NCBI GenBank assembly: GCA_038243585.1
Contig: JBBSQY010000008.1
Coordinates: 1 to 64,000, forward strand
Length of the DNA: 64,000 nucleotides
Reading direction: 5' to 3'
Source: Candidatus Sumerlaeales bacterium
GTDB taxonomy: Bacteria; Sumerlaeota; Sumerlaeia; Sumerlaeales; Sumerlaeaceae
Shown here: piece by piece, positions 41,257 through 50,350 of the stretch
How positions within the stretch are numbered: position 1 is the stretch's first letter
How the letters are laid out: every line of letters starts with the position of its first letter
Notes under the pieces: model-generated
What the model saw: only the letters and a program-made list of their open reading frames with translations
The model's database searches: none
What the model was told of the DNA's origin: nothing
Made by a program: the position numbers and the translations under genes

Positions 41257-42525
41257 CTAGTAATACAAATTCCAGTCTCCGCAAACCGCAGCCGGCGGCT
41301 CTTGGAACACGTGGATTGAGCCGGTAAGGGGCACATTATTTGCCGTATTCTGATCCGCGCTTACAACGACTTTCCCATTCGCCCCTCCGACCGAAACCCC
41401 AAACCGGTCTTCTTTCATAGGCGTTGGATTTTCAATAATCTGCAGGAGGTGCCCTCCACTCGCGCTATACAAATAGGCGCGTCCCACCTTTGTTTCGGTA
41501 AAGGGTTCGTGAGGATTTCCAATAAGTATATATCTGCCGGATGAAGAAATAGAAGAGCCAAAAACCGAGCCGGGTTTGGGATCTGGATTTTCAAAACGGT
41601 GAATGAGGGCGCCGGTTTCGCCATCGTATAAATAAGCCTTATTATTACCAGGAGCTCCGATGAGAAGGTCTTCTCCGTGGGCGCGCACCTGAAAGCCAAA
41701 GTACGCACCAGGTGTCGGATCCGGATTAACAATCTTGTGGATAACCGCGCCTGTGTTCGCGTTCAGCAAATAGGCAGCCCCCGCGTCCGCCGCCCCAATG
41801 TCGTGTCCGGTGCAACCCACCAATACTTTATCAGTGCCAATTCCCGCTACAGAATATCCAAAGTTGTCCTGACCGGTTGGGTCAGGACAGGAAATCGTGC
41901 GAAGCAATGCGCCAGTCAGCGTGTTAAATAGGTAAACAGATCCGGTTCCGGGCCCTGATGCGTTGTCCGCGCGGGAACTTACAATGGCCGTTTCCCCCAT
42001 CATGCCTACCCCATATCCAAACTGGTCATTAGACTCCGGCGTCGGATTTTGCAGAGTCTGGATGTGCTGACCGTTAGAGAGACTGAACACATATACTCGC
42101 CCGGAATCGATCGCAGTGCCGTTGGGTTTTAAAAAGGCAGACGCAATTATTGTAGAATCTCCGGCACACGAGAACGGACTGTAGCCAACATTCGTTTCCG
42201 GCTCCGGATTTGGCATGGAGAATACCACCGCGCCCGTGTCTGGATTTATAAGGTAAACAATCCCAGCGTTTGGAACCTCCCCGACATCCGCGTGGGCTCC
42301 CGTCAAAATCAAACCGCTGTTGGTTATCATGAAGTTTCGCCCAAAGTTGTCGGCTATGGACGGCAAGGGGTTGTCAATGGTTCTCAACAAGGGAAGAGCG
42401 CTGACGTCTGAAGGCGCTCCGTTCGCTAAAATCAGCATCGCGAACGCTGTTGCTTTCATGGCGCGATGGGCAAGACTTACAGTAATTTGCGGGCGGAAAA
42501 ATTTCAACGGTAGACGGCTCCTCAA
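41257..42525 (-). CDS. Secreted FG-GAP-like seven-bladed beta-propeller protein ending in AAVCGDWNLYY
   Basis: Seven NPxP..FG repeats, IGAPG, G.VYLF motifs, N-terminal signal-like segment. Confidence 0.8.
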   Translation of the reverse strand: MRSRLPLKFFRPQITVSLAHRAMKATAFAMLILANGAPSDVSALPLLRTIDNPLPSIADNFGRNFMITNSGLILTGAHADVGEVPNAGIVYLINPDTGAVVFSMPNPEPETNVGYSPFSCAGDSTIIASAFLKPNGTAIDSGRVYVFSLSNGQHIQTLQNPTPESNDQFGYGVGMMGETAIVSSRADNASGPGTGSVYLFNTLTGALLRTISCPDPTGQDNFGYSVAGIGTDKVLVGCTGHDIGAADAGAAYLLNANTGAVIHKIVNPDPTPGAYFGFQVRAHGEDLLIGAPGNNKAYLYDGETGALIHRFENPDPKPGSVFGSSISSSGRYILIGNPHEPFTETKVGRAYLYSASGGHLLQIIENPTPMKEDRFGVSVGGANGKVVVSADQNTANNVPLTGSIHVFQEPPAAVCGDWNLYY

Positions 42526-42616
42526 AATGGGTCTGGGTGATAGTATGGGTCAATTGCAAGACGGAGGAATACTTAATTTCTCCGGTCCGGCCATATTTAA
42601 TTCAAAGACTGCGCAA

Positions 42617-45600
42617 TCAGGTTTCCCAATGAAAATTGTCGGCCAGCAACTTTGCCGCTTCATCAGGCGGCAAGGGTCTTGAGAGCAGGAAACCCTGAAC
42701 CTGTTGACAACTCAGCTCTTTAAGAATAGCCATTTGGTTCTCTGTCTCCACCCCTTCTGCAATAACGGCCATGTCCAGATTGCCGGCCATTTGGATAATA
42801 GACCGCACGATTTCCCGTTCAGATCCGGCCTGTTCAATGCGACTGATAAAGGATCGATCGATTTTCACCGTATCAATGGGAAACTGGTGCAGGTAGCTGA
42901 GCGAAGAGTAGCCAGTGCCGAAGTCGTCAAGGGAAAGACCAAAGCCGGCATGTTTCAGGCGGTTTAGCATGCCGATTATCGTGTCGTGCCGTTCCATTAA
43001 GATGCTCTCGGTAATTTCCAGTTTAATGCAATCAGGTTCCAAATCGAAATCGCTAACAGCGCTGATAATCCGCTGATCCAGATCCGGCACGGCAAATTGT
43101 CTCACGGAAAGGTTGACCGATATCGTAAGAGTCTCACAGGAAATCGAAAATTCGTTACGCCACTTGCGGAGCTGGCGGGCCGCTTCCGCGATCACCCAGT
43201 AGCCAATAGGAATTATTAGTCTTGTCTCCTCGGCTATTGAGATAAAATCCCCGGGCGGCACCAGGCCGCGGGTCGGATGTTCCCATCGCAGTAATGCTTC
43301 AAACCCGCCAATAGAACCGGACGACATATCAATTATTGGCTGATAATGAAGCCGCAGTTCATTACGTTGAAGCGCCCTTCGCAGGTCATTTTCCATTTCC
43401 AGGGTAGAAAGAGCATTTTCATGCATTTGCGGATTAAAGACTTCATAACAGGCTTTCCCACGGGCCTTTGCTCGATAAAGCGCATTATCCGCATCCCGCA
43501 GGATTGCTTCCGGCTCTGTGTATCCAGGAGAGTCGAAGGCAATGCCAAGGCTGGCAGTAATAAAAACCTCCCGATCGTCCAGCAATACAGGTTCGGCAAG
43601 GTTCTTTAATATTTTTTCGGCGACTGGGATCACGTCGTCCGGATGACTGATGTCGTCGAGAAGCACAACAAATTCATCGCCAGCGAAGCGAGCTACTGTG
43701 TCGCCAAGACGTACGGTCGTCGCAAGGCGCCGGCCGACAGTCACCAGCAAACTATCTCCCATGAGGTGGCCAAGACTGTCGTTAATATTTTTAAACCTGT
43801 CTAAATCCAAAAACAAGACAGCGAAATGATAATTTTCCCGACGGTTGGCGCGGTGGAGCGCCTGTTGAATATGGTCAAGAAGCAGCGCCCGGTTCGCGAG
43901 GCCGGTTAGAGAATCATGAAGGGAGGTGTGAACGAGTTGCCGCTCAAATTCTTTGCGTTCCGTAATGTCCTGTAAAATCCCAAGACAGCCGATGGGACGG
44001 CCATTTTCATCGGTCATGGCTACCGACGTGTCGGCCACCCAGCGTTCTTCTCCCAGGCGCGTGCGAATATGGATATCCGCCTTCCAGTTTGTGCGCTTGC
44101 CGTCCCGAATTTCTCGGCCTATCACCTTGGCGTCCTTCTCGTCGGTCGCTCCATGTGCCACAGTTTCTAAAACCATTTGAGTCCAAATGGTCGTGGTAAA
44201 TTCTTCAGGGCTCCAGCCAGTAATAGTTTCAATTCCATCACCCACAAACTCGTACCGGTCGTTCAGATAGTCCAATTGATAAGGCACCGCGCCGGCGGAC
44301 GAGATGGCCTGTCGATAGTGCTGTTCTCGTATACGCAGTGATTGTTCCGCGCGGGCTCGTTCCAGAGTACTGCTGCAATGATTAGCCAGCGTTTGGAAGA
44401 GCTGGAGATCATCCTCGTCATATGCCTGATACGTATAGCTTTGGATGGAGAACACGCCGGACGTGCCGGAGGGGCCACGAACAGGAACCCACATAAGCGA
44501 TGCCGACAGTCGCTCCGTATTTCCAAAGCGGCGAATGTCCGCGGTCGTCATGTCAGATGGTTCCCGTAGGATTAATAGCTGTCCCTCTGTTAACGCCCGC
44601 TTGACCAGACCACTGGGCTTCAGTTCACTTTGGCGTCCAAACAACGTACGCTCACCATTGACTTCGTCGTATGCGATAAGCTGATCCACTCTATCTTGCT
44701 CCGGATAACATAGATGGAGAGAACAGGAGTCCCATCCGATCATGTCATCGGCCACGGAAGAGATAATAATTGCGGCGTCATGGGGCGATGTGGTGCCGCT
44801 GAGTTGCTCTCCCAAACGAGAGAAACCCCGGTTCCTCTCCTCCGCTTTGCATCTTTTCATGGCCGGCGCGGCCACGTTGGCGATCTGTTGCAGTAAGTCC
44901 AGATCTTTCTCAGAAAACATATTTTCTGTATAGGATTGAACAGACAAAACGCCCACCTTCCGGCCGTTAATCTGAAGTGGGGCATACATAAGACTTGCGG
45001 ACGGTACGGATTCATTGCCGAAGCGGTTGAAGGAATCCAGTGCCTGCTTTGCTTCTCGATTAAGAAGCAGCGGCGTGCTAAGGTTCTTTCCTACGGATAA
45101 AATGGCGTCGCTTCGCAAATCCCAGAAATATTGTTTCTCTCCATTTACAGTGTCGACTTCTACAACTGTCCGGAAGCGACCCTGGCCGGACTGGCGAACA
45201 TAGAGCGACAGGGCGTCCCACGTCCACAGGTCTGAAGCGGCCGCCACAATCCCCTCACCTAATTTCTCCATTGTGTCAGCCGCCGCGAGTTCGTGCCCCA
45301 GTTGCGCCAGAACCGCCTGGTGTTGCTGTTCATGACGCTCCCGAGTAACGTCTCGGATAAAACCCTGCAAACTTTCTAGATGTCCGTCTTTGTAATTGCC
45401 TGAGCCGTGTTCCTCAAGCCAGCACCAGTCCCCATTCTTGTTTTGGAATCGGAATTCCAGATGATAACGCCTGCGGACGTTGACGGCCTGTTCTACCTTT
45501 TCGTGCACCTGGTGCAGATCGTCGGGGTGGATCCGGGAAGAAAAGGCAACTTTTCCGTTTATCAAAGCTTCTGGAGAAAATCCAATAACGCGCTCGGTAC

Positions 45601-46348
45601 CGCTGCTCACGTACAACATGGTAAAGTCTTCGTCGTTCAGACAGGTGTAGACCATCCCGGGCAGGTTGTCCGCCAGACGCCGAAACTGTTCCTCGCTGCT
45701 ACGCAGAGAATCCTCCGCATGCTTTCGTTCCGTCACATTGTGCGTCGCCCCGATGATCTGATCTATTTCTCCGCGCTCATCCAGCAGCGGCACATAATTA
45801 ACGATAGCAATCGCCGTCGCCCCGTCAGGCAGCAGAACAGCGCATTCGGCGGATTGGGCGGCGCGGGTTTCGGATGCGCGCTTGAGCAGCGCCAGGTATT
45901 CACGAGTCGAATCCTCAGGAAAAAGCTCATCGTCCCGCCTACCCAGCATCTGCTCCCGGGCAAGACCGGCCACTTTAACCGCTATGTCGTTGACAAATCT
46001 AAAGCGCAACTGCGCGTCATAGATGACAAACGTGCTTGGAATGTTGTCCAGGGCCGTGCGCATGCGCTGCTCGCTGTCCGTCAGCGCCCTGCTTGTCAAT
46101 TCAATGCGTACCAGAAGGCGCCGGGCGAGCCAGAACAACACAAGGGTGGTCGCACCTACAAAAAACAATCCTTTATTAATTTGCCATCTGGTCATTTGCT
46201 CGCCGGATGCAGTAGGCGAAGAAGAGAAAACTTCCAAGTCCGATGCGATTATCCATGTTGCGCCCAGCACGAAATACATCGATGCGATTTTAAAAGCCTT
46301 ATAGCTGGATTGGCTCCAACCCACATACAGCGATCGACTCCAACTCAA
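42617..46348 (-). CDS. Membrane-anchored PAS/GAF sensor with GGDEF and EAL domains (c-di-GMP cyclase/phosphodiesterase)
   Basis: 2 TM segments; PAS (IHPDD, QDITERK); 2 GAF (LSVQSY repeats); DLDRFKNINDSLGH, RFAGDEF; FEALLRW, LEITES, DDFGTGYSSL. Confidence 0.95.
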   Translation of the reverse strand: MSWSRSLYVGWSQSSYKAFKIASMYFVLGATWIIASDLEVFSSSPTASGEQMTRWQINKGLFFVGATTLVLFWLARRLLVRIELTSRALTDSEQRMRTALDNIPSTFVIYDAQLRFRFVNDIAVKVAGLAREQMLGRRDDELFPEDSTREYLALLKRASETRAAQSAECAVLLPDGATAIAIVNYVPLLDERGEIDQIIGATHNVTERKHAEDSLRSSEEQFRRLADNLPGMVYTCLNDEDFTMLYVSSGTERVIGFSPEALINGKVAFSSRIHPDDLHQVHEKVEQAVNVRRRYHLEFRFQNKNGDWCWLEEHGSGNYKDGHLESLQGFIRDVTRERHEQQHQAVLAQLGHELAAADTMEKLGEGIVAAASDLWTWDALSLYVRQSGQGRFRTVVEVDTVNGEKQYFWDLRSDAILSVGKNLSTPLLLNREAKQALDSFNRFGNESVPSASLMYAPLQINGRKVGVLSVQSYTENMFSEKDLDLLQQIANVAAPAMKRCKAEERNRGFSRLGEQLSGTTSPHDAAIIISSVADDMIGWDSCSLHLCYPEQDRVDQLIAYDEVNGERTLFGRQSELKPSGLVKRALTEGQLLILREPSDMTTADIRRFGNTERLSASLMWVPVRGPSGTSGVFSIQSYTYQAYDEDDLQLFQTLANHCSSTLERARAEQSLRIREQHYRQAISSAGAVPYQLDYLNDRYEFVGDGIETITGWSPEEFTTTIWTQMVLETVAHGATDEKDAKVIGREIRDGKRTNWKADIHIRTRLGEERWVADTSVAMTDENGRPIGCLGILQDITERKEFERQLVHTSLHDSLTGLANRALLLDHIQQALHRANRRENYHFAVLFLDLDRFKNINDSLGHLMGDSLLVTVGRRLATTVRLGDTVARFAGDEFVVLLDDISHPDDVIPVAEKILKNLAEPVLLDDREVFITASLGIAFDSPGYTEPEAILRDADNALYRAKARGKACYEVFNPQMHENALSTLEMENDLRRALQRNELRLHYQPIIDMSSGSIGGFEALLRWEHPTRGLVPPGDFISIAEETRLIIPIGYWVIAEAARQLRKWRNEFSISCETLTISVNLSVRQFAVPDLDQRIISAVSDFDLEPDCIKLEITESILMERHDTIIGMLNRLKHAGFGLSLDDFGTGYSSLSYLHQFPIDTVKIDRSFISRIEQAGSEREIVRSIIQMAGNLDMAVIAEGVETENQMAILKELSCQQVQGFLLSRPLPPDEAAKLLADNFHWET

Positions 46349-46541
46349 GCGGATAGTCCACGGCCAGCGGGCTTAAATGCTAACCGGCGTTTAATCATTA
46401 TTCCTCGGGAGTTCTTCAGAGACATATTATGTGAAAGGCCTAACGAGTTGCTTTTTTATACTTTCTCTATGGGCATGCAAGAGAATTGTTAAAGCGATTA
46501 TCAAGCCCAGGACCTTGCAGAAAATCCTAATGGTTCAGTGT

Positions 46542-46844
46542 TCAGTCCATCTCCAGCGGGTTTACTTTTTCCACTTCTTCTCCGCTTGCGTTGCTCTCTT
46601 TTATCCGCTCATCGAACAAAGCATTCAAACGAGCCTTCTTCGCGTCCTGCTCCTCCTGAAAACGCGAAAACTTCTCTTCAGCATGACCGGGCCTCTCCCG
46701 CACCTTTTTCAGAGCATCTTCGTAGCGGTCGCCCGAGGACTGATCAAGGATGGGTCTGCGTTCTTCCAGAACTTTGCCGGATTTGCGCTCGACAATAAGT
46801 ATGGTGTCGCAACAGGGACACGGTATCTGCCAGGTATCGCTCAC
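46542..46844 (-). CDS. Small hypothetical protein: CPCC zinc-ribbon-like N-terminus plus charged helical tail
   Basis: IPCPCCDTIL; AGGAGG RBS before the GTG start. Confidence 0.7.
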   Translation of the reverse strand: MSDTWQIPCPCCDTILIVERKSGKVLEERRPILDQSSGDRYEDALKKVRERPGHAEEKFSRFQEEQDAKKARLNALFDERIKESNASGEEVEKVNPLEMD

Positions 46845-47177
46845 GGAAAAACGCCCTCCTGATAAATCGATTGTTTAGATCACGTATTGCAGCTTCTCGA
46901 TAAGTCACAAGAGAAATTAAGACCAGGCGAGAAGTCGAGTCGCAATAATCTCACACATTCTTCCACGCTGTCGAACATTCTCACTATTCTCTTTGACTTC
47001 CAATACAAGTGCCTGCGAACGAATGTCTCTAATATAACATTAGTCATCCAGCAGTCACAAACGATGGGCCTCTATCTGCTCCTGATCGTGTTTGGTGACA
47101 GGCTGAACCAAGGGTTGGATCGCTTTTTGGCTTCAACCGCCATTGCGTTTGAACCGTTATGCAGGGAGTATGGATGA

Positions 47178-49211
47178 ATGCCTATTAGCCTCCGCGGCCG
47201 GACTTTCTGGTCCATGATCAACGGCTTTGGTTTACAAGTCACCCTTGTTGCAGGACTCACCATCACACTGTCACAAGCACTTCCGCTCGCGGCTGCTGAA
47301 ACGGACAATCCTCTCCTTGCCACCTACGATGGTGGCTCAATATCGCTGGATCTACTTGAAGAATTTGCCCGTGAAATGCCGATATCTCAACGCATTCCAT
47401 TCGCAAACGGAGCGGGAGACTGGCGGCGTTTTATCTGCGGCGAACTTGCACAGTCAGTAACCCTGACCAGCCAGGCGCTCCAGATGGGGCTTCACCAGAA
47501 CCCCGGCTATCTCCGGGCTCGAGATTATTTCATACAGGAATACCTGTGTTATCTGGTTATGCGCGATAAGCTCACTAATGTGATGGATATATCGCCTGAG
47601 AAACAGCGGCAGCAATACAAGACGAACCTGGCGGATTACTGGTTAAGCCCGACTGCCACCATGCGGGTCATCCGCACCCGGGATTTAAACAAAATTTCCA
47701 GTGCCGCCGTCGCTCTGGAGTCCGGCAGCGACTTCCTGAAGGTGGAAATGGAATTTTCGCAGGTAAGCCCCAGGTATCGAGGCCAGCTGGTAGGACCGTT
47801 TCCGTCTACGCAGGAACGGACCACAATCCCGCCACCAGATGAAGTCATTAATGCAGCTCTGGCTATTGACGAAGGCCAAACCACCGGCCCGATGGAAGTT
47901 GGCGGATTTCATTTTATCGTAAAAAATGAACGAAAAACAGCAGGACGGCAACAGAGTCTTTACGAGGTTGCGGAGCGAGTGGAAGAGCGACTGCGCGAAG
48001 CCGAGAGCGGGGTGCTGCTTCCGGAGTTGATTGATCAGATTCAGAAGGAACTGGGTGTTGAGGTAGATGAAGCGTTGTTTAGCGCGTCCAACACCAAGCC
48101 GGATGACCTGCTTGCCACCGTGGGAGCCCTTAAAATATACCGTCAGGAATTTACTGAGCTAAACGGCAACGTGCGTGGGCCAGCGGGGCCCGTCGCCGGG
48201 ATGATGCCGACACGGCTTAAGGGATTTGTTCTTCCGTATATGATGGCCCAGTGGGCAAAAGTCCATGGTTACATGGACAGGGAGGAAACGCGCAAAGCAC
48301 TGTATTACTATGACTTGCAGCATCTGGCTGGCAAAGTGGCGATGGATATTTCTGAACAGCTGGCGCCGTCGCCAACAGATGAGCAATTAAGGGCGACATT
48401 TCAGAAAAACATTGCCGAATATCGACGCACTGGAGCGCCTGAGCCTCGCTTTGAAGATCACCGGGATGATTTATTGAACATTCAAATGCAAGAGCGCGCC
48501 CCGAACGTTGAGCGTCAGGTAAGGAAGGCGGTGCTTTCGCGTATTAATTTTAAGCTGACGGACGCGCCTCGCAGCACCGATATCACCGCTCTTGAGGCGC
48601 TCTCGACGGCCGGCGACCGGCTTTCATCGGGTATTCGATTGTTGAGAATTGCCCCAGTTCAGCTTATGAGCGACGCTAGTGGAGCGACCTCTTACGAAGA
48701 CATTGGTCGCGCGCCCGAGTGGAGAATAAGCTTCGACACGGGCTTTGAGACCAGCACATCAGAAATGCTGGTAAAAGGACCGGCGCCCCTGCTTACTAAC
48801 GATGACTCGTACTCATCCGTACCAGCTTTTCGACGCTGGCCTAAACTTTTGCAATTTGATACCGACGCATTGAAGCGCCATGCCATTGACAAGGGGATTG
48901 GCGATTTCATGGCCAAGCATGATAACAAAGTCCATGTTGTGGCGGCGGTGGATTTTTCATACAGCGATGATGATCCAACCAGTCCCGGAGATTGTCTTAT
49001 AACTTATACGGCAACACCGGTAGGTGCACCTGCCGCTGAGGCATTTGTAATCAGGTACGCCGGAGACGATGGTGAAATAACAAAACGGCGTTTGGGCGAG
49101 GTGGAACAAATCTGTCAAACCTGTCCATCCCCAGGGACTGCGACGCCGCGCGATCACTCAAATTCTGAAACCACATCCAGTACATTGCCATTGCAAAAAG
49201 GAGATTTGTAA
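47178..49211 (+). CDS. Secreted SurA/PrsA-like protein with a degenerate parvulin-type PPIase domain
   Basis: Signal peptide, LATYDGGSI, LESGSDF..FS..RGQLVG, TGPMEVGGFHFIVK. Confidence 0.6.
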   Translation: MPISLRGRTFWSMINGFGLQVTLVAGLTITLSQALPLAAAETDNPLLATYDGGSISLDLLEEFAREMPISQRIPFANGAGDWRRFICGELAQSVTLTSQALQMGLHQNPGYLRARDYFIQEYLCYLVMRDKLTNVMDISPEKQRQQYKTNLADYWLSPTATMRVIRTRDLNKISSAAVALESGSDFLKVEMEFSQVSPRYRGQLVGPFPSTQERTTIPPPDEVINAALAIDEGQTTGPMEVGGFHFIVKNERKTAGRQQSLYEVAERVEERLREAESGVLLPELIDQIQKELGVEVDEALFSASNTKPDDLLATVGALKIYRQEFTELNGNVRGPAGPVAGMMPTRLKGFVLPYMMAQWAKVHGYMDREETRKALYYYDLQHLAGKVAMDISEQLAPSPTDEQLRATFQKNIAEYRRTGAPEPRFEDHRDDLLNIQMQERAPNVERQVRKAVLSRINFKLTDAPRSTDITALEALSTAGDRLSSGIRLLRIAPVQLMSDASGATSYEDIGRAPEWRISFDTGFETSTSEMLVKGPAPLLTNDDSYSSVPAFRRWPKLLQFDTDALKRHAIDKGIGDFMAKHDNKVHVVAAVDFSYSDDDPTSPGDCLITYTATPVGAPAAEAFVIRYAGDDGEITKRRLGEVEQICQTCPSPGTATPRDHSNSETTSSTLPLQKGDL

Positions 49212-49212
49212 A

Positions 49213-50235
49213 ATGACCCCTCAACAAACGAAACTCACGCTCGCAGCCGCAGTTGTAGCGGCGGTTCTTGCCGGGTCTTATGCTCTGAACCGGGTGGCCG
49301 ACGACAAGCACACTACAGCCGGCGGCGACAGTTCGGAACAGGCCGATGCCGATATACGACAAAACAGGCTTAATCTGGGCACGGGAGGTCGAGGTGACTC
49401 TGCGTCCAGCGGAAAAGGCACTGATAAGAAAACCGCTAACAAAAACGCCTCAGGAGCAGACAGCGACAGCGACAGAGATTTGGCGTCAATTGTGGATTCC
49501 GTAACGAGCGAGGTACTACCTATTGAGACCGAAGCCGAAACTCGCGATCGTAAGCGGTACGAGGAGGCCATGGCCAATCAATTCAAGTACCGGGAAAACG
49601 ATCCAAAAAAGATTAAGCCAACTGAGCTTACGCCCGTGCTAAGCACCGTCAGCGAAAAGTATAACATACCAGATAACCTGCTGGCGGCAATGATGTATGT
49701 GGAAACCGGTGGCACCCATCGCGATGGAGATCATTCAATGGAAGCCGGCTACGGGGTTATGAACCTTCGCGAGAATAACATGGTGGACACGCTGGGCGAG
49801 GCGGCGTCGCTTATTGGGAAAAGCAAAGAGGATGTGCTGTACGATCAGGCGACAAACATTGAGGCCGCGGCTGCTCTCGTGCGCAGTTATTATGACGACG
49901 CCCTTGCGAGCGGCGTCAGCGAAAGCGAAGCATGGTACATGGCCATTTCTCAATACAGCGGACGCCCCGATCCACAGCTTGCCGGAAATCTGGCCGACGA
50001 GACTGCTGGATGGATGCTGAAGGGCTTTGAATTGCACCTGAGCGATGGCGGCGGAGACGTTATTGTCCCCCCCAATCCCAATCCGCTATTTCTTCCCAAG
50101 GATTGGGAGCTTGTAGGAATGACGCCTCCGACGGAAGGCAGTGGCCCACAGGTCATGCCGGGCACAATACCACCTGACGCCCAGGGATACGGAGCTACTG
50201 GAGCCGCCGCCGGGGGGGCGGAAGTAACCCCATAA
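49213..50235 (+). CDS. Membrane-anchored lytic transglycosylase (SLT)/lysozyme-like protein
   Basis: KYNIPDNLLAAMMYVET (catalytic Glu), GYGVMNL, NIEAAA, AISQYSG. Confidence 0.7.
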   Translation: MTPQQTKLTLAAAVVAAVLAGSYALNRVADDKHTTAGGDSSEQADADIRQNRLNLGTGGRGDSASSGKGTDKKTANKNASGADSDSDRDLASIVDSVTSEVLPIETEAETRDRKRYEEAMANQFKYRENDPKKIKPTELTPVLSTVSEKYNIPDNLLAAMMYVETGGTHRDGDHSMEAGYGVMNLRENNMVDTLGEAASLIGKSKEDVLYDQATNIEAAAALVRSYYDDALASGVSESEAWYMAISQYSGRPDPQLAGNLADETAGWMLKGFELHLSDGGGDVIVPPNPNPLFLPKDWELVGMTPPTEGSGPQVMPGTIPPDAQGYGATGAAAGGAEVTP

Positions 50236-50350
50236 TAAGTGATGTCGCTTAAATCTAAATAGTCAATCGATAACGCGAATGTCCCGAAGCCGCCTTTCCC
50301 GCTGAGAGGCGATACTGACGGCCGTCCAATGTTGCAAACCCGGAGGTATT

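Noticed and set aside
45407..46492. 361-aa plus-strand ORF
   Set aside because: Antisense shadow of the GGDEF/EAL gene
46845..47177. Possible structured RNA or c-di-GMP riboswitch in the divergent spacer
   Set aside because: Only partial complementarity (cttctcg/cgagaag); no riboswitch consensus recognised
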